DNA from: Chiloscyllium plagiosum
Lineage: Eukaryota
Assembly (NCBI RefSeq): GCF_004010195.1
Contig: NC_057718.1
Location: forward strand, 51,045,941-51,109,940
Direction of reading: 5' to 3'
DNA: 64,000 nucleotides
Shown: positions 40,087-51,690 of the stretch, piece after piece
Layout: each line of letters begins with the position of its first letter
Position numbering within the stretch: position 1 is the stretch's first letter
The notes under the pieces: model-generated
The model's input: only the letters and a program-made list of their open reading frames with translations
What the model was told of the DNA's origin: nothing
Database searches by the model: none
Made by a program: the position numbers and the translations under genes

Positions 40087-40516
40087 TATAACAATGGAAC
40101 TTTGTTCTGATCCAAACTAGATTTTCATGTCTTATGTACAAATTTCTTTCAAACTTTTCAAAGACAGAAATACTTGAGTACAAGTAGGGGATAGCTTTTC
40201 CAGTCAGCATCAAAACCTAACATGGACCCATGTCCATGTAAAATGTAGATGAATGGAGAGTCCAGAGATCCTACTATTTCCAGATTTGATTATTTTCATA
40301 AGCACAAGAGTGGTCCCCAGAACCCTCTGATTCTACATTCTGCCTCTTATTAGGATGCAATTAAAAAGTATATGGGTTAATTGAGAGCCAGTATTTTTAA
40401 ATATTCTAACTTGTGTTGGAAATTTATTGAACCTTCGATTGATACACATTTTGTGTTGTGCTGTTGTGCGAGATATTACTTATAAAAGCGTACTTCAACA
40501 TAATTTGTGTCCTCAC

Positions 40517-40641
40517 CATTCTGTAAAACAAAATGCCAGAGTCCTGAATAATGAAATGGCCTGTGAACTCAAATTTCCTTCTGAAACCCGGTTTTAAAAA
40601 AACCAACAAAGTAACTGGTAAGATTACACCGGACAGTCAAG
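40517..40641 (-). pseudogene. CUB C-terminal pseudo-exon
   Basis: tttatcttgcatcacag acceptor and atg|gtgagg donor. VTLLVFLKPGFRRKFEFTGHF. Confidence 0.55.
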
Positions 40642-40948
40642 CTGTGATGCAAGATAAAAATCATGTTCTGACTTTGAGAGATTTGGAAGTCAAAATATTT
40701 TTAAAACTTGTCACAATGTAAACATAAAATAGCCGATAATGAAACAATATTGCATCTAATTAGCATTCACAAGCAACTTTTTTGTGGTGTTGACAGTAAT
40801 TAGGAGGAATATGAATACATATTTGATTCCCAGTGTATTTCTTTACATAGCAAAATTCAGGCAGCAGACTCGATTAATGTGGAAACAGACTGAAGTTTAG
40901 TTGTGTATATTTAGGAACATTGTATTTTATAAGAGATAAACCTATATT

Positions 40949-41178
40949 AGGAGAGAGTGAGGACTGCAGATGCTGGAGATCAGAATCGAAAAGTGTGGTG
41001 CTGGAAAAGCACAGCCGGACAGGGAGAAGAGAACTTCTTCAAGGTGGGCATCCTTGCAAGAGGCTTCAAAGTAAGGTTATAATCAACTAGGATGGAGAGC
41101 TTATGCTTGAAATGTCGACTCTCACACTTCTTGGATGCTGCTTGACCGGCTGTGCTTTTCCAGCACCACACTTTTCGA
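40949..41178. mobile_element. Palindromic Penelope terminal-repeat mini-element
   Basis: tcgaaaagtgtggtgctggaaaagcacagccgg is inverted against ccggctgtgcttttccagcaccacacttttcga. Confidence 0.8.
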
Positions 41179-41429
41179 CACATAAATCTATATTACATTC
41201 ATATAAGTTAGGATATATAAACGTAACTCACCAAACTACTCTAATGACTTACAATATATAACTATCCAGGATGGACTAGCATCGGTACATAGTAAGGACA
41301 GTTTGACATTGTTGTGGTCTTTGTATGAGGACCGTACGTGCAATATTGCATCTGTATGCATAGCATAGTTCAATCTCATTTGTAAGAAATGTGTATTTCG
41401 CAGTATTCTTTAACATAACAACACAATTT

Positions 41430-44390
41430 TACAGGGCTTTGAATGATGTTGGCTATGGTGAAATTTCTTGCAAAACTGCAAAAATCCACAGAGGCCTATT
41501 TTGACATTCTGAAGAACCCATTGCATCTTGTATACATCTGTTAGGTGGTATTATGAGTTTCCGATCAGGCAGCAGAGTGTTACCAATTAAGAAGGATTAT
41601 TCTTGTTAAAACTTATTAGCTGCACAGCTCACCTCATTAGCATAAAAGCAAAATCTGAAATTTAAAACAGAAAATTCAAACATTTCGCAGCATCTATGAA
41701 GAGAGAATCTGAGTTGATGTTTTGAGTCCAATATGACTCTTTTTTTCTGAAGAAGCACTTCCTGTTTTTATTCACCTTATTAGTCAGCTGATCCTTATCT
41801 TGGTTAATGCGCCAGGCAAACCAAACATTCAGAATTTTCCACATGAAAGTCAGAACAGATACCTGGTGACTTCAACTCACTGTCAGCTACGAAGAGCCTC
41901 TGTGGTGCTCACTATGTAGTGGCATCATAGGGCACCAGCTGTACAGATTCCTAGAACATCGTTATCCAAGGTCCAGGACGCTGTTATCCAAGATTTGCCA
42001 ACTTTTCACGATCGTCATGCCACCTATCCAAGCTATTACAGGACTCTTATGAAGCACAGAATTGCTGTGCAAGGTTCACCAGCACCTAGCATTGAAAGGT
42101 TGCTGCAAGGACATTGTGCAAAGGAATATGTACCCAGTTCATGAATTAGACCACTCTGCATCTCCACACTGCTTGTCTAATCTCCTATGCTCACTCACTT
42201 CCAATCTGCCTGCATGTTTACAGCATCCATGCCTTGCCTCACCATACCTGTTTGTGCATTGGCACTCTAGCCAGAGCCACAAGGCTATAAACACTGCTGT
42301 GCCATAAAGAACTTATCTTTCAATATTTCTCCACTTTGATTATGGATTGAAATGGATAAAAGGACTGTTTTAAAAATCAAGAATTGTGAAAGGTATGGCT
42401 TCACTAAGAAGGGTTACACCCGAAACATCGACTTCTCCACCTCCTGATGCTGCCTGGCTTTCTGTGTCCTCCCAGCCTCCTGTCTGTCTACCATGGATTC
42501 CAGCATCTGCAGTTTTTTTTGTCTCTTCACTTTTTTTAAAAGCAAGTTGCTAACACTCAAGGTAAATACTGTTTACATAGTTGCTTGTTCAAGCAATGGA
42601 GGGTGGTTACTTCAGATGAGCTGAAGCCAGGGGGATGTGCAAAGGGAGATTTAGCCAGCAACAGGTAGCTGATCAACAACTCATTGCCTTTCTAATGAAC
42701 AGTGACAAAATGCTTCTGCTTGCCAAAAACTGTGTGCTGGGCTCTCAAGTAACTTGTGGATGTGAATGAGGTGCTGTCTTTCTCTCTGCAGTTAAAAGAA
42801 AAACTTAAAGCCTGGAGAAAGCCCATTTAGTTTCCATCACCAGATTCTGCAAGCTGTTGCTTTCAACCAGTAAGTCAGAGACTTTATAACTTAAGGGAAC
42901 TAGTCTCTGTGTATCCAGAAAGCAAATGGAAAAACATGGACAAGTGAGATCATGGAGCAACAAGTCCTGGCAAGCCAAGAGGATCACAACAGTGAACCCT
43001 GTGGGCAGGGATCATTGAACTGCCTTCAGTTTTTTCTTCAAGCCAATAAACAATTGGTTGACTTTTGTCAGTTTCTAGCTGCATACGTATGTCATTTTAG
43101 AAGGGGATTAGAGTTTCACGCAGTCGAGTTATATGGTGATATTTCATAGTTGTTTATCTGCAGCTGGAAACTGCTTAGTCAAAATAAATAGTCATTTTTA
43201 TCAAGTACAGAAACATGGTCCATGCTTTCTGTTAACCTGGATCTAAAAACATAATAAGGATATGCATATACATGTCTGTGTACAGATGTGTGGCTGTGAA
43301 TATATATGTGTGATGCTGTATAGCACACCAAGACATCAATCTAACACTTCCAGCATGTGCCAGCTGCTTGCGTGACAAACACACAGCACATCTATTTAAC
43401 CAAACGGTCATGTTGGAAAGTGGATGGGGACTAGTCCTCAGTCATTAAAGTCGAGGGGGTCGTGGAACACTCAGAAGAGGGGTTCTGAAGAAGCATTCCC
43501 TCCCCCGAAACATTAACTCTGCTTTCTCTCAGATGCTGCCAGGTCTGCTGAGTTTTTCCAGCAATTTCTGCTTTTGTTTTTGATTTGCAGCATCCACAGA
43601 TCTTTCAGTTATTTTGGAAAACTCTGTTATGGGTACAGTCCTTACACGGTTTAGGGGTTTGGCCATGGTCATTCATCTGCTTAAACTCTCATGTTCCGGG
43701 GATAGTTCTGACTATAGTCGGGGAGTGGGCAATGGGCAGTCCTGCAGGGCTATCAGAAGCAGTCAACAGAACAGTGCATCATCGCTTCCAGAGCTGTAAA
43801 GGCAGCACTCAGGGGTTTGGCTCGTCACGTCTAGAAGCTATTCATTGAAGTTGGTTAGCGATCTGGAGTGAATATAAATTGAGGAAGTTGTATGTTGCTA
43901 GCTGAGGAGGGTAAAGGAGGGAGTGTGCAATCAGAGCAGTATGGGAGATCACTGCAAAGCGAGGGTGCAGAGGTTGAGGCTGAGGGGAAATGGTGAAGCA
44001 GAGAAATGTATTGAGTTGAGGATAAGGATAGTGAAAGGGGGAAACTGCAGTTATATAGGTGGGTTGGGAGAAGCAGAATTAGGGAGCATGGGAGGCTTCA
44101 GCAGAGGGGAATTTATTAACAGCAGTCACTATGGAGGCTCCACATGGGGGTGTGTGGAAGGTCAGCATCATTAAGGTGCAACGTCAGGTTTTAGAGGTAA
44201 GGAGAACAGCTGGAAGCAAAGTTCGCTGTCACAGGTGTACACATGGGTCAGATCAATGGGCTATCAGGGTTGCGAGAGGTAACAGGGGACATGGAAGATC
44301 TAAGTCAGTACCAGGTGAGCAGGTGCTAACAGCGTGCACCATAAACGGTGGCCCTGCCAACATTTGCCATTTTTTCAGTGCATCTGGAAA
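41430..44390. mobile_element. Old DNA-transposon-like element (possibly Harbinger), interrupted by an LTR-like segment and Penelope fragments; paralog at 62920-64000
   Basis: Shared blocks ttgaaaggttgctgcaag / ttgaaaggctgctgcaag and cagcatgtgccagctgc / cagtatgtgccagctgc. Confidence 0.45.
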
Positions 44391-44689
44391 TTAGATGGAG
44401 CAATACTCAAAGCTCATTGATTTGGTATAAGTTTGACAGACGAAAGCATGGCATCCACATTTATTTCTCATCTGTTTGCAATGCATCCAGCCTAAATATG
44501 TTTTGGCTTCACATACTGATGCAAGGTGTCTCACACTAGTAAATGATCCAATGATTCTGTCTGGAAGGAGAGGAATATTGTCTTCATCAGTTGTCAGGTA
44601 AGTATCACGCAGGGTTCTACTGAATGTAATGTAAAGGTGAATGATTGATGTGGGACTGGAAGGGGAAGGGAATTGGAGCACAACAAATA

Positions 44690-45200
44690 GGCTCTTTCTT
44701 TCTTAATGTCTCTGTCTCAGGTTTGCTGCAATGGTCCAATGAAGCTCAGCGAAAGCTGAAAGAAAAGCACCTCATTTTCCATTTGGAGTCTTTACAACTT
44801 GCAGGACTCAATTTTGAGTTCAATCATTTTAGATCCTGAATACCTCCTTCTCTATCCTTTAACTACATTCAAACCCAGGGTCTGTCATGCCAGACCATTT
44901 TCATCCACTTATGGCCCCCATTATCACTTTATCTTACACCTGGCAGATTATCATCAAACACTTTGTCTCCCTAACTGTCATTCTCTCTTTCTCTCTCTGG
45001 GATATATCTTTGCCTATTTGCTCACCCCTACCCCTACTTTGTCTTCAGTATATGTACCATGTCTTCCTAACTATTACCAGTTCTTAAGAAGAGGGTACAC
45101 TAGACTTGAAATATTAACCTTGCCTTCTCTCCACAGATGCTGCCAGACCTGCTGATTTTCTCTAGCAATTTCTGTTCTTGTTTTAATTTTCAGCATCCAC
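44690..45200 (+). mobile_element. Old Penelope 3' fragment
   Basis: RKLKEKHLIFHLESLQLAGLNFEF (GIY-YIG C-terminus) followed by the terminal repeat. Confidence 0.75.
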
Positions 45201-45257
45201 AATTCTTTGTTTTATTTCAATAAAAGCATTGCTATGAATGGTGAATATACTGGTATA

Positions 45258-45557
45258 GGGTGGCATAGTGGCTCAGTGGTTAGCACCGCTGCCTCACACC
45301 ACCAGGGACCCGGGTTCAATTCCAGCCTCGGGCGACTGTCTGTGCGGAGTTTGCGCCTTCTCCCCTTGTCTGCGTGGCTTTCCTCTGGGTACTCCGATTT
45401 CCTCCCACAATCCAAAGATGTGCAGGTCAGGTAAATTGGACATGTTCAATTACCCACAGTGTTCAGGGAAGTATAGATTAGGTGCATTAGTCTGGGCAAA
45501 TATAGGGTACAGGAATGGGTCTGGGTGGATTGCTGTTCAGAGTGTTGGGCCGAAGGG
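45258..45557 (+). mobile_element. HE1/V-type SINE
   Basis: Family match. Confidence 0.88.
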
Positions 45558-45689
45558 CAACAAGTCCAATCAGCCTGAGTCAACACAATCAGCCTATGCT
45601 TGTGTCTTTTGTTTCTCAACTGCCAAACAAAGGCTGATTTACCAGCATAGCATCACCTTTTATCTCTCATAAGCCAGTGCAGCCTTCAA

Positions 45690-45965
45690 GTCAATTCCGT
45701 CAAGTGTACAAGAGAAATCTTCTCAAAAAATGCAAAGTATGAGAAGAAAGTGCCAAACAAACTTGTGAAGAGAACAATCCGTAGGCTTGAGGCTACAAAG
45801 TTAACACTGAGATTATACAGCAAGTTTGGAATCCCCCTCTGTCCATTTATGGGGATGATTGCCTTTCTCATTGGTGTAACGTGAAGTAACCTTCTGCTTA
45901 CATGGTTCGGAAAGTAGAAGAACGGTGTAAAAATGGCAATACGACCCACACTCACAACTAACATG
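45690..45965 (-). pseudogene. CUB N-terminal pseudo-exon
   Basis: CECGSYCHFY..KWT/RGIPNLLYNLSVNFV/KPTDCSLHKFV across frameshifts. Confidence 0.45.
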
Positions 45966-46769
45966 CTGTTTTACCCACACAGTAAGAGGACATTTTGGTT
46001 TCAAATCTAAATGTACAGTACTTCTGTTCCTGTCCTCTAAAAGTCTTGAAAAGATTTGACAGTTTTGTTAGATTTTCGATGCACTTGTTCAAATTGTTAT
46101 GTCACACATCCCTAAACCTAATTTCACAATTGGACCCATCACTTCATGTTATTAAAGAGCACACATTATTTGCAACACTACTCTAATGTGAAACAACCAT
46201 TTTGCAATCCCGCTCCCAATGTGTACAGCAAAATATAAAAACTAATTCATGAAGTTGCTCAATACAAATAATTTGCACTCCACAAATTATGAACCTAAAT
46301 GATGAAGACTTCATCTAAACGTTATGCAGACTTAATAAAGAAATGCCCAGACATCTTAAGACATGGTTCAAAAGAGGTTTGCACCAATACAATTGACCCT
46401 TTGTAAGTTCCCATTTTCTTTTGTAACAGCCAGAAATTGCTGAATATTTTCTTTTCAGATTTTGACAGTTCGTGCTCCAGTTAGATTAATTTCATAAATC
46501 TGTGGAAGCATCTGAGAAAATTCAATACAAATGCTCTACAGTTAAATCACAATTCCCAAAATGGGCTTCTTCAACTGTCAAAGGTTTCATTAACATTTCC
46601 ACAGCTGTCAAGCATTTTGGTTTTTCAAGGTCATCGACTTATTAGGTGGATGAATCTTATTCGAAACGTATAGGTGCAGTAACTATATATAGTATATATT
46701 TGAGAATGGAGTGCATCACAAAATGGTAACACACAAAATAGTGCAGGTGATAGCATAAACTATGTGAAC

Positions 46770-47021
46770 AGGCTCGGTCATTTATCACTGTCTTTTCGTT
46801 CCCAAGGTGGATTATGGCCTTGAAACAAGTACCGGTTTGTGTACTGACAAAAAGATAATTGATATGGTTTTATTCTGGTTTGGTTGATCTTTTTACCATG
46901 ATGACCATGTTCGAAAACAATTATGAGCTTTGCAATTACAGCACTGGGGTCATATATAAGCACCTTAATATCTTGTCAAACATCATTGCCAAACGTTTTG
47001 CTTTGGGCACAGGTCAGAATT
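46770..47021 (-). pseudogene. SEA domain C-terminal pseudo-exon
   Basis: tctcttctgcaccag acceptor. ILTCAQSKTFGNDV*QDIKVLIYDPSAVIAKLIIVF resembles V..f..GSVi...l.F. Confidence 0.6.
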
Positions 47022-47336
47022 CTGGTGCAGAAGAGACACAGACTTGTATTCATTTCAATTTTTGTTTTTTTTGAGTTTCCATTCAAACACATTTGGTTAG
47101 CACCGAACTGTTAATCTGTCACAAAATAGTAGTAAAAGGGGCAGCATGAAAATCGTCTTTAAAAGAAAACAATCCCTGATAATGTTAAGACTGGGACTAT
47201 TCTGATGTGAGATTACTATGTACTGTATTTTTGGTATAAATAATGTATTTTGACTAATACTGCTCAAAATGTCTTTGTCATAGAAAATAAGGTGGAACGA
47301 AGGAAGCTAGAAGATTTGGGTTATAGCTGAACAGTA

Positions 47337-47478
47337 AGATTAGATTCCCTACAGTGTGGAAACAGGCCCTTATGGCCCAACAAGTCCACACCGACCCTCT
47401 GAAGAGTAACCCACCCAGACCCATTTCCCTCTGACTAATGCACCTATCCCTATGGGCAATTCACCTGATCTGCACATT
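47337..47478 (-). mobile_element. HE1/V-type SINE 3' fragment
   Basis: Tail and 3' half only. Confidence 0.85.
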
Positions 47479-47726
47479 CAAATGGAATGGTGGAATAAAA
47501 AGAATGCCTGGGTTTTGGATACAGTGGTCGGACGATTGTGACATGCTGGAATTTGGAGTGGAAGCAGCAACAAGTGAGTGTAAAACTACAATACAGTGAT
47601 TATTCGAACAAATCCTGGTTTAGTAACGTTCCACTCCTTTGCCAGAGAGTAACTGATGTGAGTGGGTGACCATACGTTGTGCTTGGGAAAGCTGGATGCT
47701 CAGACCTCAAATGACAAATCTCAAAT

Positions 47727-48001
47727 GGGGCGGCACAGTGGCTCAGTGGTTCAATTCCTGCCCTGGGTAACTGACTGTGTGGAGTTTGTACATTCTCCCC
47801 GTGTCTGTGTGGGTTTCCTCCGGGTGCTCCGGTTTCCTCCCACAATCCAAAGATGTGCAAGTTAGGTGAATTGGCCATGCTAAATTGCCCATAGTCAGGG
47901 GTGAATATGGGGAATGGGTCTGGGTGGGTTACTCTTTGGAGGGTCGATATGGACTTGGGCCAAAGGGCCTGTTTCCATACTGTAGGGAATCTAATCTAAT
48001 C
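47727..48001 (+). mobile_element. HE1/V-type SINE with an internal deletion
   Basis: Family match. Confidence 0.88.
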
Positions 48002-48933
48002 TGACAGACATTTCAGGATCAATGTAAAATGTGGGAGAGGTAATTTTGCATTGAGACTTCAATGCTGGCAGTATTGAAAAGGAAAATGTTCCAACATTAA
48101 GAATGAGTCTGGAATAAGATCTGAGAGAAACCATAAATAGAAATAGAAGGGACTGATTCTCAATAATCATGAAATGCATAATCCTAACCATGATGGGGCA
48201 CCTGAGTGATTTCTTCAGTCCAAATCAGATCACACCAAGTTCTGAATGTAGCATTTAAATAAGCTTGACTGACTTGAAGAAACATGTCATATTCATAAAC
48301 TTGGATCATTTTCACATTTCAAAGAAAAGTTAATATTTACAAATTTTCAGCTCAAATTTACTTAATGAAATGTGCGCAATTTGAATTTCTCCAAGACAAT
48401 TGTGACATTGTATTTCTTCCATCATTACTTTTTAACAATGTGATGAGAGACACTTGATTGTGCACACTTAAATGATTGCAAGACACACAATAACCAAGGA
48501 GGAGACAGAGAGCTAGAGCTCAAAAGAAACAGAATAGAGACATCTAAAAACAGCAACTTTCACCAATACTCCTCTATTGCTCCAAATGTATGAATGAACA
48601 TCTACCTTAATATATCTTTTACTAACCAACATTGAGGATGATAGAATTAATATAGCTGCCAAGAATGACAAGGTAGATGTTCCTTAATATTGTTAGCCAC
48701 TTGAATAAGATGTTTGACAGATATAGATTGCAGTCCCTGAATGTGCATTCTCTGTACCAGCAACCTGTTGTTTGTCACCTACAGTATAGTTTCAGTTCTG
48801 GTATTGGTCACAAAGTCATATTGTGCACATGCTCATTCTGTGCTCTCATTCATTTTAGTGAATGCATTTTTTGCTCGAATATTGTATTGTATTTGTTGGA
48901 TCATTTGGTAAGAAGATTTATTTTGTTCCTCAC

Positions 48934-49127
48934 AGCTGAGTGTGGAAGCCATAAAAATTAAACTTTTCAACCTCGCCGAGGATCAAATGGCTCCAGTTCC
49001 ATTTCAAAAACTCCTTTGTTAACCCCCCGTTGTGTGACCTCTTATGGTCGAGCAAATTCTCCAGTTCGGCAAATGCCTGGTCCCAAGGCTGCCAGAGTGA
49101 CAAGGAGCAAGCTGGATTACAGTATAG
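48934..49127 (-). pseudogene. Linker plus SEA N-terminal pseudo-exon
   Basis: tatgtgtag acceptor and ct|gtgagg donor, phase-compatible with the 47021 exon. KGVFEMELEPFDP/GEVEKFNFYGFHTQL. Confidence 0.55.
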
Positions 49128-49686
49128 CTACACATACACGACAGTAAAGGTACTGGGGGAAAATAATTTGCTTGATTTTGTTTTGTTCCGACAGATAAAT
49201 TGTAAAATTGCCCAAGTCAGAATCCTTTGAAGATTTATTCTGCCAATTGTGTATGTCTGAAATAGTTTTCATTTGCTTCTTTTGAAAAGAAGCCAAAAAT
49301 AACAGGGGTAGCCCATGTCACTTCAGAGGCATTGCAATGATCCTCTCACAGCCTATGCCAACCATTAAACTGGAGGACTGCTGAAGAAATTCTTTTTTTT
49401 AACCCTTCAGTGAGGTGGCTGTCAATATCAGTAACCCTCCCCTATTACTAGAAGAGATCTGTTTAGTTTTTTAAAAATAATGTCACATAAATATATTGAT
49501 CAGCATTACTTCCATGCCATATCTTAACATTGGCCTGAGTGCCAACTCTCACATGCTAAGTTTCAATACATGAAATGATCCAATGGACAGATCAGTAATA
49601 CATCGCTGAATCATCAAAGGACAGTTTTGTGAGTAGATCAGCGATTGGGTGGACAGATGGTCATCAAGATAGACAGGTGAACTTAC

Positions 49687-49914
49687 ATGTTTTAAGGTCA
49701 TCCTGAGCACTAAAGTAAACAGTTCAACTGATCTTGCCCTAACTCCCATGTCATCCTGATCCTCTGCCTCCTCCTCAATGTTCTCACTATACAATGAGCA
49801 ATGAGTCCCTTCCAGTCTCCCACCTGAAATCCCCTCTGCTGCACAATATTGTTCATACCGGTAAATGTTTTGGACATCTGAGATGCTGAATACTGAAAGA
49901 ACTTCCAAATGCAT
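49687..49914 (-). pseudogene. Trypsin-like domain C-terminal exon
   Basis: catttgtatag acceptor and cat|gtaagt donor. Open frame LSVFSISDVQNIY..YCAAEGISGGRL..VELFTLV (GDSGGPL and vytrV relics). Confidence 0.6.
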
Positions 49915-50308
49915 CTATACAAATGAAGCACATCTTCAATATTCCAATGGCTTTCACAATGATGTAAATGATGCTTATGTGGCTCTTGTTGGAGCAGTAC
50001 ACATGGGTGCCATTAGCCAAGTCTGAAGAATTGAATAAGATCATAGAAGCATAGATTCAAATAATGACACAGACAGAAGGTGGCAACTGAGACCTTTAAG
50101 ACTATGTTGCTCTTTGTTCAATGCTCTTCAATTAATCTCAATTGCACGCTCTTTCTCCATAGTACTATAAATTTCATTCCGACTTTCAAGAACTTAATGC
50201 ATTTAAAAATGGGACAGTATAAAAAGCATGTCAAAAAAACAGTATTTTGTTTATCTTTTCTTTAATGTCCAACTAATGCAATCTAAAAGTTAATATGATA
50301 TGACATAC

Positions 50309-51059
50309 ATGACAGCTGCAGGGAATCTGGCATAGTCTTGCATTAACTTTTTCTCATGGTTGCACAACAGATGCATCTGGATGGACACATATTGCTACCA
50401 TAAAAGGTGGTAGCTTTGACAGTGTACAGATTGGCATGTGCAGGCAGTTGATGCCATCCCATACCTGTTGGGAATCCAGTCAGAGAGGGGAATTCAAAAG
50501 CTGTTCATTCCTGCTGTTGTCTTCACAGAAAATTTTGCATAGTTATTGGTTCAGCCAAGCTACTCATCATGGTTAGAAACAACAAAAATTGCAGATGCTG
50601 AAATCCAAAGTAGACAGGCAGGAGGCTGAAAGAAAACAGCAAGCCAGGCAGCATCAGGAAGTGGAGAAGTCAACATTTCAGGTGTAACTGAAGGGTAACA
50701 CCCAAAACATTGACTTCTCCATTTCCTGATGCTGCCTGGCTTGCTGTGTTCTTCCAGCCTCCTGCTTGTCTACTACAAGCTATTCATCATGGCTTCCTGA
50801 CTAGAAAATTGTGAATATGAAGTCTGTTATGACCTGGAAGGCACCAGAAATTTAAAAGAGACTGATGGTAACCTTTTCTGGTCATCGGGCCCAGCTGGCA
50901 GCAACAGTTCCTGTAGGAGGTTGACAATGTTTGCCACCAATGTACGTCACAACCTTAGCCTGCAGACTCTGGATCTTGACAACAGTGGGCCAGGACCAAA
51001 GTGACAACTCAAACTGTGTTCCATTTCCGATTTCTCTCTTTTTTGCCATTTCCCATACA
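50309..51059 (-). pseudogene. Trypsin-like domain N-terminal/central exon(s)
   Basis: CMGNGKK/REIGNGTQFELSLWSWPTVVKIQ..IGG/NIVN..LLLPAG, and PPFMVAICVHPDAS. Confidence 0.55.
50573..50775. mobile_element. Palindromic Penelope mini-element, 17-bp TSD
   Basis: caagcta(c/t)tcatcatgg at 50556-50572 and 50776-50792. Inverted arms tagacaggcaggaggctg / cagcctcctgcttgtcta. Confidence 0.85.
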
Positions 51060-51434
51060 CTTACAATTAAAATTCAAAACAATAGCAGCATGGATGCAAA
51101 AACGTTCAAATTCGTAGCTGGGGAATCTCTTCATTTGTGAAACAACATGCATTGGCTGACTGAGCTGTGTCTATGGGTGGTCTCTTAAAAGAATCCTGAG
51201 GTCCAACATGGAGGCTCTACAGCACAATTTTACTGTCCAACAACATTCCCATTAACATAAGACTTGACAGCATAAAGGCAGAATGAGTGCTTTTCAAACT
51301 TATATTTCACTTATGAATGTTTCATATTTCATTTGTTCAATTTATAGATGTGAGCATAATCAGTTACAAAGACTAACTTCATCAAAGAGCTAAATATACT
51401 GTAACAGATCTCATAATAGGCACACTCCAGCCAC

Positions 51435-51688
51435 CTCCCACTAAGATCATTCAAATTTAGGAGAGTGTAATTTCTATCTGCTGAGAGGTTCAAGTCGGAA
51501 CAGATATTGAACATTAAATTCCTGGTCTGGTCTTGCTTTAAACATAACTCATCGGTGAATTCATTATGACTGAAGCTAAATACTGAGACTGCAGAGAAGA
51601 ACCTATCCAGTAACAGCTCAAAACAGCCAGAAGTACACAGATTTTTCAAACGGCTTATTTCCATTTTTAGAGTCTGCAGCCATATTCT
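51435..51688 (-). pseudogene. SEA C-terminal-like exon
   Basis: Open frame RIWLQTLKMEISRLKNLCTSGCFELLLDRFFSAVSVFSFSHNEF. The original acceptor tttgcag was displaced to 52574 by a Penelope insertion. Confidence 0.5.
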
Positions 51689-51690
51689 CT

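Noticed and set aside
50834..50872. Intron between two protease exons
   Set aside because: Only 39 nt with a weak donor, so the region is treated as one coding segment.
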